Positions 12,170-26,049 of a DNA stretch of 64,000 bases are shown in pieces. The translations under genes were made by a program, and so were the position numbers. The DNA is taken from contig NC_086111.1 of the NCBI RefSeq assembly GCF_963921235.1, forward strand, positions 54,870,001 through 54,934,000, read 5' to 3'. The notes below the pieces were generated by a model. It had not been told where the DNA came from, made no database searches, and worked only from the letters and a program-made list of their open reading frames with translations. Position 1 is the first letter of the stretch. The number at the start of each line of letters is the position of its first letter. This stretch comes from Mobula hypostoma. Its lineage: Eukaryota.

Positions 12170-14770
12170 CACTTGCAAGGCAGCAGGCCCTGACTTGTAC
12201 CTGGCCAAGTACAGAAAACCTGTGCCAACCAGCAAGCTGGAGTACTCAAGGACGTCTTCAACCTCTCAGTGGTGTAGTGTGAGGTTCACATCTGCTTCAA
12301 AAGCGAAGCAATCAAACTGGTGACCAAGAGCAGGATAAGCTGTCTCAACAACTATCACAATGTTACACTCTCACCTACTGTAAAGCAGTCCTTTAAGGGA
12401 TTAATAGTGAGTAGAATTAACTTCTGCTTGAGAAAGGACTGGGACCCACTGCAATTAGCCTACCACTACACCAGGTCTACAGCAGACACAACGTCCCTGG
12501 CTCTCCAAAATGATTTGGAGCACCTAGATAACTGTAAACCTATGTCAAGCTGAGTTGTTTATTAATTACAGTTCAGCCTTGAACACCATCTTTCCCTCAG
12601 TATAATCAATGCTTAAAAAATCCCGGACCTCTACCTCCCTCCGCAGCAGGATCTTTGACTTTCTTATTAGGAGACCGCAGTCAATGTGAATCGATAAAAA
12701 CATTTTCTCCTCACTAACAGTCAACACAGGGGCACTTCAAGCACGTGCGCTTCGCCCACTGCTCTGCTTTCATGATTCTGTGGCTAAGCTGTCTTGTTGA
12801 TAGATTGAGTGGCTGAGTGGGGTCGGGACAGCAACCTCTCATTCAACATCAGCAACACAAGAAATTGATATTGGACCAGGAAGGGAAGTTGGGAGAACAC
12901 ATTCAAGTCTTCATTGAGGATTCAGTGGTGGAAAGGGTGGGCAGCTTCAAATTCCTGGGCATTAGCCTCTTGGAGGATCTATCCTGGGCCAACACAATGA
13001 TGCAAAAAGGCCAACATTATACTTCATTAGAAATCTGCAGAGATCCAGTATGTCATCAAAGACTCTTAAAAATGTCTGTAGATGTACAATTTGACAGGTT
13101 GCATCACAGCCTGACATGGAACTTCAAATGTACAGAATCACAAATGGCTGCAGAGAGTTACAGACTCAGGCACAACACTCCCCAACATCAAAGACATCTT
13201 CAAGAGGCAGTGGCTCAAGACAGTGAATCCATCACTAAACGCCCTCAACATCAAGGTCGTGCCTTCTTCTCATTACAGGTTGAGTGCCCTTTACCTAAAA
13301 TGTTTTGGTGCCGGAAGTGTTTCAGATTTCAGATTTTTATGGATTTTGGAAGATATATTGAGGTAGCTTGGGATCACCATCATCTCCAACTCTGAACTTA
13401 TGTGCCACCAGTAAGCAGTCTCTGTCTTACATTTGTTTATCACATGTACTTACCAGTAAAAATTATTACATACCATGAATAGAGTGAAAATATAATGTGT
13501 GCAGGGTAACAGAAGTAGCACAGCAGCATCAGGAGAATACTGTACCTGAATCAGCTGTTGAGCAACAACAAAAAATGGCTGGCTTTCAGTCTCCACCTAC
13601 GATGCCATGTTTTGATTAAAAGGTTACAGTACACTGCATTTGTATTTTACTTTTTTTAGGTTTTATGTAAGGTATTAACACAAACAGCATTGTAGACTTG
13701 TTGGGGTTTTAAGATTTGCATAGGCGACAATCCTGCCAAACTCACCAATGAATTTCTCTGCTCCTTCGTGATCAGAAAATATTTAATTCTGTGCCTTGTC
13801 GTAAATTTCTGCAACCAGCCTGCTGAAGTACCTTGAATTTTCAGTTTGTCATGAAGAAGGGCCTTGGACTGAAACGTCGATTTCCATTTCCATAGATGCT
13901 GCCTGACCTGCTGAGTTCCTCCAGCATTTTGTGTGCGTTGCTCTAGATCTTTGCTGGTTTCATGATCAGTGTACGATAAGCGGCCTATGTTCACTCCGAA
14001 ACTGAAAAATCCACTCTTTCAATACATGGTCCAGTTCTTAATTTTTTGCCTGTGCTTTGCGGTCTTTCATTAACTTTTGTTCATTACATACAGTATGTGA
14101 GGTCACTTCACAGAGACCTGTGCATTGGCTAGGAACCTTCCCAGTGCCTTGCAGAATTTTCTACAGTATTTGTGACGTTATATTAGCGCTGTAGGATCTG
14201 GTGATTGTTCTTGATCCCCAGGTTCTTTTATAAATCCAAGAATGAGTGGAAACTTGTTGCTTCACATCCATTTACTTTAAAGTTTAAACCATGGCAGAGG
14301 TACAGAGTCAGAGTACATGTGTCATGTGCTGTTACTTAGCCAATGAAAAATGAAAAGTTGACAAGCTATTATGTAACTAATATACCGTGTTTCCACCAGT
14401 AGGTGGAGACAACACATATTGGGAAAATAGACGAATTTTTCAAAAATACAAATTGTGTGTCAGAAAAAAACTAAAATATTAGCCTTGCATTAATTCAAGT
14501 AATAGCTTATTAAAGGCATAAAAACAACTGATTACAAGAGCACTAAAAAATCTCATATTTCAGAGGTTTTCAGATTCTGGATTTTTGGACAAGGGGTAGT
14601 CAACCTGTACTACCATCAGAGAGGAGGTACAGGAGCCTGAAGACTCTCTCTAAGCAACCAAGGAGCAGCTTCTTTCCCTCCGCCATCGGATTTCTGAAAG
14701 GATTTGGACTATTTATTTACTATTGTAATTTTATGTCTTCACACTGCACTGCTTCCACAAAACAGGAAAT
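12170..14770 (+). mobile_element. Rex/Babar-type LINE remnant interrupted by a Tigger element
   Basis: DPLQLAY...STAD and VERVGSFKFLGI motifs. Sequence resumes after 14607 (CTACCATCAGAGAGGAGGTACAGGAGCC). Confidence 0.7.
13276..14607 (-). mobile_element. pogo/Tigger (Tigger4/Zombi-like) DNA transposon, internally deleted
   Basis: TA|CAGGTTGAGTGCCCTT ... AAGGGGTAGTCAACCTG|TA TIRs with TA TSD. Transposase remnant SAGWLQKFTTRHRIK (CENP-B-type HTH) on the - strand. Confidence 0.85.
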
Positions 14771-17656
14771 CTCACAAACTGTTGACAGATCCCTGCCTCC
14801 CACACGCTACTTGCCTCCCACATGTCGAGTTCTTTCAGCAGATTATTGCTCCAGATTCCTGCTTCTGCAGTCTCTTGTGGTTCCTGAATAAACAGATTAT
14901 TTTTCTATCGTAGGTATATGCTAATAAGGAAGTGATCTTAAGCGGAGGTTCAATTAACTCACCCCAGCTTCTCCTGTTATCTGGGGTGGGCAACGCAGAT
15001 GACCTCAAAGCTCTGGGAATTCCCGTTGTTTGTCATCTTCCAGGTAACCACTGAAGCATTCAAAGAAAGCAAAGGAATTGAATTGACTAATCTGAACTCA
15101 TTCACCCACTGGTGATGGTTCCTGTAGTCAGGTAATCAGAACTTCCCACCTTAAAGAAATTTTATTGTGTTTAAGTGTGGGCCAGAATCTTCAAGATCAT
15201 CTGGAACTATACATGCAACAAGAATGTATTAAGCCTATAACACTGTATAAATCCCAAAAACCCTTCAAGATGATCCAGATCGGTCTGGAATGGTTTTGGA
15301 AGTTCACAGGTAAAATGTTGCTGTCTTCTAATTCTTGAGCCTTGACGCTTTAAATTTATTTATGGAAGGTGGGTGGCGTTGGCAGAAGCAACAATTATTG
15401 TCTTGCTAATTACCTACCCTGACTTGGTGCATCCTTTAGGTGAAGATATCCCACAGTACTGCTGGTAATGAGTTCTATGATTTAGACAGAATTTTTTGTA
15501 TCATTGTAAGATTCCAGTTTTAGAGTTTTTATTTGTTATTATTTGTCTCCTTTAGCAGGTGAGCTATTCCAGAGAAGGATCACAGCACTGTAGTTTTTTT
15601 TTCTTGGAAAAGATGTGCAGAATTTCTGGTGTTTATGAATCCCGAAACTAGGCTGTCTGATGAACTTTGCTTACCTCAGATTATTTAGTTAATTATCAAT
15701 ATTTTCAAAGGCATTCATCATCTGCTGGGGTGGATGTTTAGATTTGGATTCACGTTCTACTTTGGCAGTCCCTCAGGATTGCTTCCTTTCTCATTTTGAG
15801 AACATTTTGGCACAGACTAGAAGGGCCAAATGGCCTGTTTTCTGTGCTGTAGTGTTCTATGGTTCTATGTCATAAAAGTAAATGATAACATATCTGATTC
15901 TTCAAAATCCATATCTTTTTATTCTCAGCAGGCAAATGTCATGTCAATTAACTGATTGTTAATTAAAAAAGCAGCAATGAAGTTTGTAATTTCTTTAGGT
16001 TGTCTTAACCATCAATGAGAAATATTTATGCTACTGTTTCTCTTCATTCCATCTCTAATTGTCATTACCACAATTACAACCGTTTCTATTGAATGGCTAC
16101 AATTACTAATGAAAACTCTAGAATTACTGAATAAACAAAAGTGTTCTTTGTATTTGTTACTGTATTTTGATTTAATAGTTCATTTTTATTTCTAAGTATG
16201 CTTTTAAATCCTATGATGTTCAGTTAAATCAAATTGACCTGCAAATTAATTCCAGCAGATAAATATGGAAGCAGGCAGCTTTGATGTAGAATACAGAGTT
16301 GCTGCTGACTATTTTGGCATCAGATCTGTTCTGAGGGGATAAACTCCAAAGCAAAATTTTATCAGATCTACTGTAAATCCTCAAGACACTGTATGTACTC
16401 AATGTCACTTTGAGGTTCTCCCAAAAACAACCCTAATTGGAATACAAGCTAAAAAAAAATGAAACGAAAGGAGGCCCCTGGAATGATGTATTTAAACACC
16501 ATCTAAACCAGGTTGTTTAAGTGATTGGTTTACTGTGTGTCTACTGCAGTGGTATACAGAGAAGGTACAGGATCCTTTAAAGTTTCAGCAAAGAGAGGTG
16601 GGATGAATTAATACCAGTGTTTTAAGCAGTGCAGGTGGCATTGTGACATGTAAGGGGATGTTACACATAATCTGCAACTTCTGATCTGTTTATTGATGCA
16701 GTGTGTTGGTGGTGGTAATGAATACAGTAAGGAGACAGCCTTTTCTTTTGTAGTGAGAGCCAATGATAGAGATGGCATTTCACAAAAATTGCCTGTCTGA
16801 CATGGCTCCTTTGCTCAGCAGGGTAGCAAAGCTCATCATGTTGTGCAGGAACAGCCTCCTTGAAGATTTCATCAACCTCCTGAACATCTCCTCCTGCTGG
16901 TCTGCTAGTGTTTTCTGACCCTTCAGCTCTGGGTCTCCTGACTGCACCTACCTCAGGCACCATATGTTGTTAGTGAGGTTATATACCATGTAGGACAAGT
17001 CCGAATAACAATACATGCTCAGAATATGAAGACACCACAATATAACTTACAGGAGACCAATAACGTTCCTACTACAACCTTTGTTCTTCTATTGCTATTG
17101 CTCAGCTCAAGAAGTGCGGGTGCTGGTTCAGAAGACCGACAGGAGAATTCAATGAAATATTCTAGATCTTGAGAGTTTATGACAGGGTGGAGGGAAAGAA
17201 GTTTCCTTTTGCTGGAGAATCTAGAATTTGATGTCATTTGAGGCCCTTCAATGGTCATAACTGACCATGGATATTGTGTCCTAGCTATCTATGTGATATG
17301 CAAACAAGTAGACAAGATGGGGCAGTAGTTTTAGACAGCAAGCCCATGCAGCAGGCTTCCCCTCTCCAGGCAGATGATGAATCCAAAGGAATAGCAGAGA
17401 CCAATACAGTTTGGCACCAGCAGTATCGCAGGAAATGACAGTCAGCGTTGAAGTCAACTTAGGACTGCCTTGGGGACTCTAGCTCTGGATTTTTTCCTCA
17501 GGGGTTACTCCCAAAGCCTTCCCCATGAGTGGCTTGAGCCACAAGGCAGCGGAGGTTTGAGATCAGAATCCTGCTTCTGAGGATGCTGAAGCTAGATGAG
17601 CTGCCAACCATGACTGATGAGCTCCATCTGCCTGAAACGACTGGTTTTAAAGTGCC

Positions 17657-18392
17657 CGTCGGCTGGGGTGATATACTGCATCTGGTGTTCCCGATGCGGC
17701 CTTCTATATATTGGCGAGACCCAATGCAGACTGGGAGATCATTTCGCTGAACACCTACACTCTGTCCGCCAGAGAAAGCAGGATCTCCCAATGGCCACAC
17801 ATTTTAATTCCACGTCCCATTCCCATTCTGATATGTCTATCCACGGCCTCCTCTACTGTAAAGATGAAGCCACACTCAGGTTGGAGGAACAACACTTTAT
17901 ATTCCATCTGGGTAGCCTCCAACCTGAAGGCATGAACATTGACTTCTCAAACTTCCGCTAATGCCCCACCTCCCCCTCATACCCCATCCGTTATTTATTT
18001 ATTTACACACTTTCTTTTTCTCTCTCTTTTTCTCCCTCTGTCCCTCTCACTATACCCCTTGCCCATCCTTTAGGCTTTCCCCCCTCCCCCATTTCTTTCT
18101 CCCTAGGCCTTCTGTTCCATGATCCTCTCATATCCCTTTTGCCAATCAATTGTCCAGCTCTTGGCTCCATCCCTCCCCCTCCTGGCTCCTCCTATCATTT
18201 TTGGATCTCCCCCTCCCCCTCCCACTTTCAAATCTCTTACTACCTCTTCTTTCAGTTAGACCTGACGAAGGGTCTCAGCCCGAAACGTCGACTGTACCTC
18301 TTCCTAGAGATGCTGCCTGGCCTGCTGCGTTCACCAGCGACTTTTATGTGTGTTGCTTGAAATTCCAGCATCTGCAGATTTCCTCGTGTTTG
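17657..18392 (+). mobile_element. Penelope-like element 3' part: GIY-YIG endonuclease, pyrimidine-rich UTR, hammerhead-bearing repeat
   Basis: GVIYCIWCSRCGLLYIGET...RLEEQHFIFHLGSLQPEGMN (GIY-YIG with a CxxC insert), then CTGACGA...GAAACGTC at 18262-18289. Confidence 0.88.
18257..18294 (+). ncRNA. Minimal (Penelope-type) hammerhead ribozyme motif
   Basis: AGAC CTGACGA A GGGTCTCAGCCC GAAAC GTC GACT. Intact core with one stem I mismatch. Confidence 0.65.
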
Positions 18393-18463
18393 AGTAATCC
18401 ACCTTTGCCACTTCTTCTGTCCATAGTAACAGTTCTGCCAGGCTAAGTAGCTAAGCCACACAT

Positions 18464-21400
18464 AAGTTCATAAGACAAAGGAGCAGAAGTCGGCCATTCG
18501 GTCCATCGAGTCTGCTCCACCATTTTATCATGAGCTGATCCATTCTCCCATTTAGTCCCACTCCCCCACCTTCTCTCCATAACCTTTGATGCCCTGGCTA
18601 TTCAGATACCCATCAATCTCTGCCTTAAATACACCCAATAACTTGGCCTCCACTGCTGCCCGTAGCAACAAATTCCATAGATTCACCACCCTCTGACTAA
18701 AAAAATTCCTTCGCATTTCTGTTCTGAATGGGTGCCCTTCAATCCTTAAGTCATGCCCTCTCAAACTAGACTCCCCCACCACGGGAAACAACTTTGCCAC
18801 ATCCACTCTGTCCATGCCTTTCAACATTCGAAATGTTTCCATGAGGTTTCCCCTCATTCTTCTAAACTCCAAGGAATACAGTCCAAGAACGGACAAACGT
18901 TCCTCATATGTTAACCCTCTCATTCCTGGAATCATTCTAGTGAATCTTCTCTGTACCCTCTCCAACGTCAGCACATCCTTTCTTAAATAAGGAGACCAAA
19001 ACTGCCCACAGTACTCCAAGTGAGGTCTCACCAGCACCTTATAGAGCCTCAACATTACCTATCCCTGCTCCTATACTCTATTCCTCTAGAAATGAATTCC
19101 AACATTGCATTCGCCTTCTTCACTACCGACTCAACCTGGAGGTTAACCTTAAGGGTATCCTGTACGAGGACTCCCAAGTCCCGTTGCATCTCAGAACTTT
19201 GAATTCTTTCCCCATTTAAATAATAGTCTGCTTGTTTATTTCTTCTGCCAGAGTGCATAACCATACACTTTCCAACATTATATTTCATTTGCCACTTCTT
19301 TGCCCATTCTTCCAATCTATCCAAGTCTCTCTGCAGACTCTCCATTTCCTCAGCACTACTGGCCCCTCCACCTATCTTCGTATCATCAGCAAACTTAGTC
19401 ACAAAGCCATCTATTCCATAATCCAAATCGCTGATGTACAATGTAAAAAGAAGCGGCCCCAACACAGACCCCTGTGGAACACCGCTGGTAACCAGCAGCC
19501 AACCAGAATAGGATCCCTTTATTCCCACTCTCTGTTTCCTGCCAATCAGCCAACGCTCTATCCACGTATGTAACTTTCCCGTAATTCCACGGGCTCTTAT
19601 CTTGTTAAGTAGCCTCATGTGTGGCACCTTGTCAAAGGCCTTCCGAAAATCCAGATATACATCATCCACTGCATCTTCCTTGTCTAGCCTACTGGTAATT
19701 TCCTCAAAAAATTGTAATAGGTTTATCAGGCAGGATTTTCCTTTAATGAACTCATGCTGAGTTCTGCCTATCTTGTCATATGCCTCCAGGTACTCTGTAA
19801 CCTCATACTTGACAATCGACTCCAACAACTTCCCAACCACCAATGTCAAGCTAACAGGTCTATAATTTTCTTTTTGCTTCCTTGCCCTCTTCTTAAATAG
19901 CGGAGTGACATTTGCAATCTTCTAGTCCTCGGAACCATGCCAGAATCTATTGACTTTTGAAAGATCATTGCTAATGCCTCCGCAATCGCCACAGCTACTT
20001 CCTTCAGAACACGGGGGTGCATTCCGTCTGATCTAGGAGATTTATCTACCTTTAGACTATTCAGCTTCCTGAGTACTTTCTCTGTCGTAATTGTGACTGC
20101 GCACACTTTTCTTCCCTACCACACTTGAGTGTCCGGTATACTGCTGATGTCTTCCTCAGTGAAGACTGATGCAAAATACTCGTTCAGTTCCTCCACCATC
20201 TCCTTATCTCCCATTACAATTTCTCCAGCATCATTTTCTATCGGTCCTATATCTACTCTCACCTGTCTTTTACTCTTTATATACTTGAAAAAGCTTGTAG
20301 TATCCTCTTTGATATTATTTGCTAGTTTCCTCTCATAGTTAATCTTTTCCCTCTTAATGACCTTCTTGGTTTCCTTTTGTAAGCTTTTAAAAACTTCCCA
20401 ATCCTCTGTCTTCCCACTAATTTTTGCTTCCTTGTATGCCTTCTCCTTTGCTTTAACTTTGGCTTTGACTTCTCTTGTCAGCCACGGTTGCATCTTTTTT
20501 CCATTCGAAAATTTCTTCTTTCTTGGAATATGCCTGTCTTGCACCTTCCTCACTTCTCGCATAAACTCCAGCCACTGCTTCTCTGCCATCTTTCCCGCCA
20601 GTGTCCCTTTCTAGTCAACTTTGGCCAGTTCCTCTCTCATGCCACTGTAATTTCCTTTACTCCACTGAAATACCGACACATCAGATTTCGGCTTCTTTTT
20701 ATCAAATTTCACAGTGAACTCAATCATGTCATGATCACTGCCTCCTAAGGGTTCCTTCACCTCAATCTCTCTAAACACCTCCGGTTCATTACACAATACC
20801 CAATCCAGTACAGCCGATCCCCTAGTGGGCTCAACAACAAGCTGTTCTAAAAAGCCATCTCGCAGACATTCTACAAATTCTCTCTCTTGAGATCCAGTGC
20901 CGACCTGATTTTCCCAATCTACTCACATGTTAAAATCCCCCACAATTATCATAACACTGCCCTTTTGACAAGCCTTTTCTATTTCCTGTTGTAATTTGTA
21001 GTCCACATCACTGCAGCTGTTTGGAGGCCTATAAATAACTGCCAACAGGGTCCTTTTACCCCTGCGATTTCTTAGCTCAACCCATAAAGATTCTGCACCT
21101 TCTGATCCTATATCACCTCTTTCTAATGATTTAATATCATTTCTTACCAATAAAGCCACGCCTCCCCTTCTGCCTACCTTCCTATCGTTCCGATACACCG
21201 TGTATCCTTGGACGTTCAGCTCCCAGAGACGTGCATCCTTCAGCAACGTCTCAGTGATGGCCACAATATCATACCTGCCAATCTGTAGCTGTATGACAAG
21301 ATCATCCACCTTATTCCTTATGCTGCGTGCATTTATGTATAACACCTTAAATACTTTAAGACTTAAAGTATTTGGTACTTTTCGCTTTGATTTCACTGCA

Positions 21401-21716
21401 ACTTTATTGCACACAACTCATCCCAATGGCTACAAATTTGCCCCATCACCTGCCTGTCTTTCCTGACATCTTTATCGCTATCTTAGATTTATTTCTGTTT
21501 TCCCCTTCTTCCGCTCTGTCATTCCGGTTCCCATCTCCCTGCCAAATTAGTTTAAACCCTCCCTAACAGCTCTATTAAACTTTCCCGCCAGGATGTTGGT
21601 CCCCTTCGGGTTCAGGTGTAACCTGTCCTTTTTGAACAGGTCATACTTCCCCCAGAAGAGATCCCAATTATCCAAGAATCTGAAGCCCTGCCCCCTGCAC
21701 CAGTCTCTCAGCCACA
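18464..21716 (-). mobile_element. CR1 LINE with near-complete, disrupted ORF2 (APE endonuclease + RT) and the end of ORF1
   Basis: APE motifs NARSIRNK, AITET, IYRPPN, VGDFN, GSDH. RT motifs YLDFRKAFDKVPH, GVPQGSVLGPLLF, KFADD. Split into six ORF pieces. Confidence 0.93.
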
Positions 21717-21849
21717 TGAAGGCCAGGAGCTGAACTTGGTTGTCAGATGTTATTTGAGAAGCATGCCATTGGGAGCATTTAATAGGTAGTGGGAGCTTAT
21801 TCCCACTACAACCCCTGGCTATGCCAACCTTAAGGAACCACTATTTTAA

Positions 21850-22457
21850 AAATAAAAAAGGAAAAACAATAACAGAATGCAGCATATAGTGTTACAGTTG
21901 CAGAGAAAGTGCAGTGCTGGGAGACAATAAGATGCAAGGCCACAATCAGGTAGATTGCCTGTGGTCACGGGTCTACTTTATCATACAAAAGGTCCTTTCT
22001 ATAGTCTTACAACAGTGCGATAGAAGCTGTCCTCGAGGCTGGTGCGAAGTGCTTTCAAGTGTTTTTTTTAAACCTTCTGCCCTATAGAAGAGAGGAGAAG
22101 TGAGAATGCTCAGGGTGGGTGGGTCTTTGATTATGTTGGCTGTTTTAGTGAGGCAACAAGAAGTGCAGACAGAGACCAAGGGATTGGGGTTGGTTTTCCT
22201 CACGTGCTGGTCTTTGCCCCCAATTCTCTGCAGTTTCTCGCAGTGTCAGGCACAGCAGTTATTATACCAAACTGTGATACATCCTGACAGCATGCTTTCT
22301 ACGGTGCATCTATAAAAGTTGAAGTTTAACTGAGTCACGCCAAATTTTTGAAGGAAGTAGAGGGCCTGGTGTGCTTTTTTGGCCATGGTATCTACATCGT
22401 TGGACCAGGACAAGCTATTAGTGATGCCTGCTCCTAGGAACTTGAAGTTCTCAACCA
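21850..22457 (-). mobile_element. Rex/Babar-type LINE 3' fragment
   Basis: VENFKFLG...KKAHQALYFL...FYRCTVESMLSGCITVWY. Confidence 0.78.
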
Positions 22458-23750
22458 TTGCCACACCACTCTTTAAGAAGGGACGGAGGCAGAAGAAAGG
22501 AAATTATAGGCCAGTTAGCCTGACTTCAGTGGTTAGAGAGATGTTGGAGTCCATCATTAAAGACGAGGTTTCAGGGTACTTAGAAACATATGATAAAGTA
22601 GGCCAAAGTAAGCACGGTTTCTTTAAAGAGAAAATTTTCCTGACAAATCTTTTGGAATTCTTTGAGGAAATAACAGACAGGATAGATAAAGGAGAGTCAG
22701 TGGATGTTGTTTACTTGGATTTTCAGAAGGCTTTTCACAATGTGCTGCACATGATGCTGCTTAACAAGAGCCCATAGTATCACAGGAACGATACTAGCAT
22801 CATCCGGCCGCGTTTTTTCATGTTGTATGTCAATGATTTGTATGACAGAATTGATGGCTTTGTGGCCAAGTTCGCAGACGTTAAAAAGATAGGTGGAGGG
22901 CCAGGTAGTGTAGAAGAATGAGTGTGCAGAAGGTCTGAGACAGATTTAGGAGAATGAGCAAAGAAGTGCCATATGCAATATAATGTAGGGAAGTGTATGA
23001 ACATGCAATTTGATAAAAGGAACAAATGTGTAGTCTATTTTCTAAACAGGGAGAAAATTCAAAAATCAGAGGTGCAAGGGGACTTGGGAGTCCTCAAGCA
23101 GAATCCACTGAAGGTTAACTTGCAGGTTGAGTCAGTGGTCAGGAAAGCAAATGCAATGTTAGTCTTAATTTACAAAGAACTAGAATATAATGCTGAAGCT
23201 CTATAAGGCATTGATCAGATCACATTTAGAGCATTGTGAGTAGTTTTAGGCCTTTATCCAAGAAAAAATGTGTTGGCATTGGGGAGTGTCCTGAGGGTGT
23301 TCACGGCAATGTTTTCAGGAATGAAAGGGTTAATGTATGAGCAGCATTTGATGGTTCTGGGCTTGTTTTCACTGGAGTTTAGAAGAATGAGAGGGCATCT
23401 CATTGAAACCTATCGACTAGTGAAAGACACAGACAAAGTGGATGTTTCCTATGGTGGGTGAGTAGTGGACTAAAGGGAACAGCCGCAGAATAGAGGAACA
23501 TCCATTTAGAACAGAGATGAGGAAGAACTTCTTTCGCTAGAGGGTGATGAATCTGTGGAATTCATTATTACGGATGACTGTATTTAAAGTGGACATTGAT
23601 AGGTTCTTGATTAGTCAGGGGTGTCAATGTTTATGGGGAAAAAGGCAGGAGAATGGGGTTGAGAGGAATAATAAATCATCCATGATAAAAAGTGGAACAG
23701 ACTTGATGGGCCGAATGGCCTAATTCTGCTGTTATATCATATGGTCTTAT
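22458..23750 (+). mobile_element. CR1 LINE RT/3' part
   Basis: TPLFKKG...GNYRPVSLTSVV...YLDFQKAF and a CR1 3' tail. Confidence 0.85.
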
Positions 23751-23769
23751 TCCAGATGCCATCTCAGAC

Positions 23770-26030
23770 TGAACCAGAACCAAATGTCAATTTAAGTAGG
23801 GGTGACTACAATGGTATGAAGCCGGCCGGTGGTGTAGGAGCAAATGGTCCTGAGTTCGATTCAGCCAGCTCCTTGCACCCTTTCCATCTATGCTGGGTTG
23901 AGCATTGAGCTAGCAACTTGACCTCATAAAAAAGTCAAATGCTACAGAAAGGGCAAAAATGCTGCCCAATGCACCACAAGGTGCAAAAAGGAACAACGCA
24001 ATGGTATGAATGTGGAGTTGTTCAAGGTGGACTGGAAAAATAAGCTAAGAGTCTGGTTCACGGATGAACAGTGGCAGACATTCAGTAATTTAGTCCTTAA
24101 CACTCAGCAGGAATTTATCCTAAGGAGAAAAAGGGATTCCATGAAAAAGAGGAAATATCGGTGGTTAACAATGGCGGTCAAGGATGATGTTAAATCAAAA
24201 GATAGGAATATACAAAGTGGCAAGTGCCAGGGCTTGATCAGAGGACTGGGAAGTTTTTGAGGATTTAGCAGTGAAAGACTGAAAAGCTGAAATGAAGGAA
24301 GAATATTCATCTGAGAGAAAACTTCCATTTAACAAAACAAACAGAAAGAATTTCTGTGGATATATTAGTGAAAAGAGGTGGCAAAGATAAATGTGCAACC
24401 CCTAGAGAATGAGGCTGGTGAAGGAAACAAAGAAATGACAGATATGTTGAATCTTTTTTATATCAGTCTTCTTGGCAAAGGAACCTGTAAATGGGCTAAT
24501 GACCCTGCACATATTAGATGAGCTCATTTCCAATGACGGGAAGAACATAGAACATTACAGCACAGCATAGCACCGCTTTTTAGCCCATAATGCTGTGCCG
24601 ACCCTTTAACTACTGTACTCTAGAATCAATCTAAATAGAACATGGAAAAAAAGAAACTTGCAGAAATAATCCCAATCACAAGGAATAAAATATTTGGGAA
24701 ACACATTGGGTTAGAGGTAGATAAAACTGAATATAATCAAACCTCTTCAACATGGTTTAATGAAAGGAAAATCATGTTTGACAAATTCACACAAGCTCTT
24801 TAAGGATATTGATGGGGAAGGAGTGGGAACTGTAGATGTAGTGCATTTAGATTTCCAAAAAACAGCTGACAAGGTGCCATATTAGAAGATGTTGTATAAA
24901 TTAAGAGCCCAGCGTATTGGAGCAAATGATTAAATTGACTGAAAACTGACTAAAACATAGGAAGTGGAGAGATGAAATAAGGCAGGAAGGAGGTAAGTAG
25001 TGGAGTATCCCCAAGGATTGGTTTTTGGTCCTCAATTGTTTATGATTTACATTAAAGATCTGGAGGAACGAACAAATGTAAGGTTTCCAAATTTGCTAAT
25101 GATATGAAATTAGGTGGAATGATGTGTTGTGATGAGGACATTGAGATTCTGTGGTGGGATTTAGATTGAGTGACCGCGTGAAAATGTGGCAATTTGAGTT
25201 CAATGTGGGAAGTATGAAGTCATGCACTTTGGTAACAGGAATCAAAGGGCAGATTGCTATCTAAATGGAAAGATCACCCAAAAATGTGAAGGTCTTCAGA
25301 TCTAAATGTTCTTGTGCAGAATTAACAAAATATTTAAAGGCACATCTAACAAGTAGTTAGGGAGACAAAATACATTTTGGCCTTTACTGCAGTGGGGTTG
25401 GAGCTTAAGGATAGAGAGCCTTTGTTACGATTCTACAGGGTGTTAGTGAGGCTGCACCCAAAATAACCAATCAGGATCAGAAACAGGTTTAGTATCACCA
25501 GCATATGTTGTGAAATTTGTTGTTACTGCGACAGGAGTACAATGCAATACATAATACTATATATATATAAAATAGTTTAATTAAATGAGAAATGTAAAAA
25601 AAACTAGTGAGGTAGTATTCATGGGTTCTGTATATAGTTTTGGACCCCTTACCGTAAAGAAGGATATCATAGTATTGAAGGCATTCAAAGGGAAGAGGAA
25701 GAGGAGGGTCTGTGGAGAGAGGCTAAATAGTTTGGATATGTATTTCCCAGAGTTTAGAAGAATGAGGGATGCCCTTATTTAGATGTATACGATCCTAAGT
25801 CAGCATGGCATAGCAGGTGTTGAGATGTCACTTGTGGGAGAGTCACAAGCAAGAGTACATAGTTACAAAATAAAGGACTAGTCATTTACAATTGCGATGA
25901 AGAGACGGTAGCCAACCTCTGGAATTCTCGGAGTGCAAAGCACAGTAGAGTTCTAGATTGTTATTGATATTTAACCTGAAGATAGAAAAAGATACTTAAA
26001 AAGATAGTTGTATTGACTACATAGATGTAT
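23770..26030 (+). mobile_element. Old degraded CR1 ORF2
   Basis: VDW...EQWQTF, LDFQK, SKFAND and EFRRMR remnants with many stops. Confidence 0.7.
23821..23998 (+). mobile_element. tRNA-derived SINE with 12-bp TSD
   Basis: TSD CAATGGTATGAA at 23809-23820 and 23999-24010. B-box GAGTTCGATTC. Confidence 0.8.
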
Positions 26031-26049
26031 TGGCTGAGAAGAAACTTAG

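Larger units (their letters stand above)
17260..21840 (-). mobile_element. RTE-related non-autonomous element in three pieces (about 17260-17656, 18393-18463, 21712-21840)
   Basis: The three pieces appear to join into one element once the Penelope and CR1 insertions are removed. Family assignment and continuity rest on recall of RTE 5'UTR-like motifs. Confidence 0.55.

Noticed and set aside
16661-16963. 100-aa - strand ORF with a vague Myb/SANT (Harbinger-like) look
   Set aside because: No diagnostic tryptophan spacing, TIRs or splice support that I can verify.
18552-21414. Long RT/endonuclease ORFs as an active LINE or domesticated gene
   Set aside because: ORF2 is broken by several stops and frameshifts and the 5' end is truncated.
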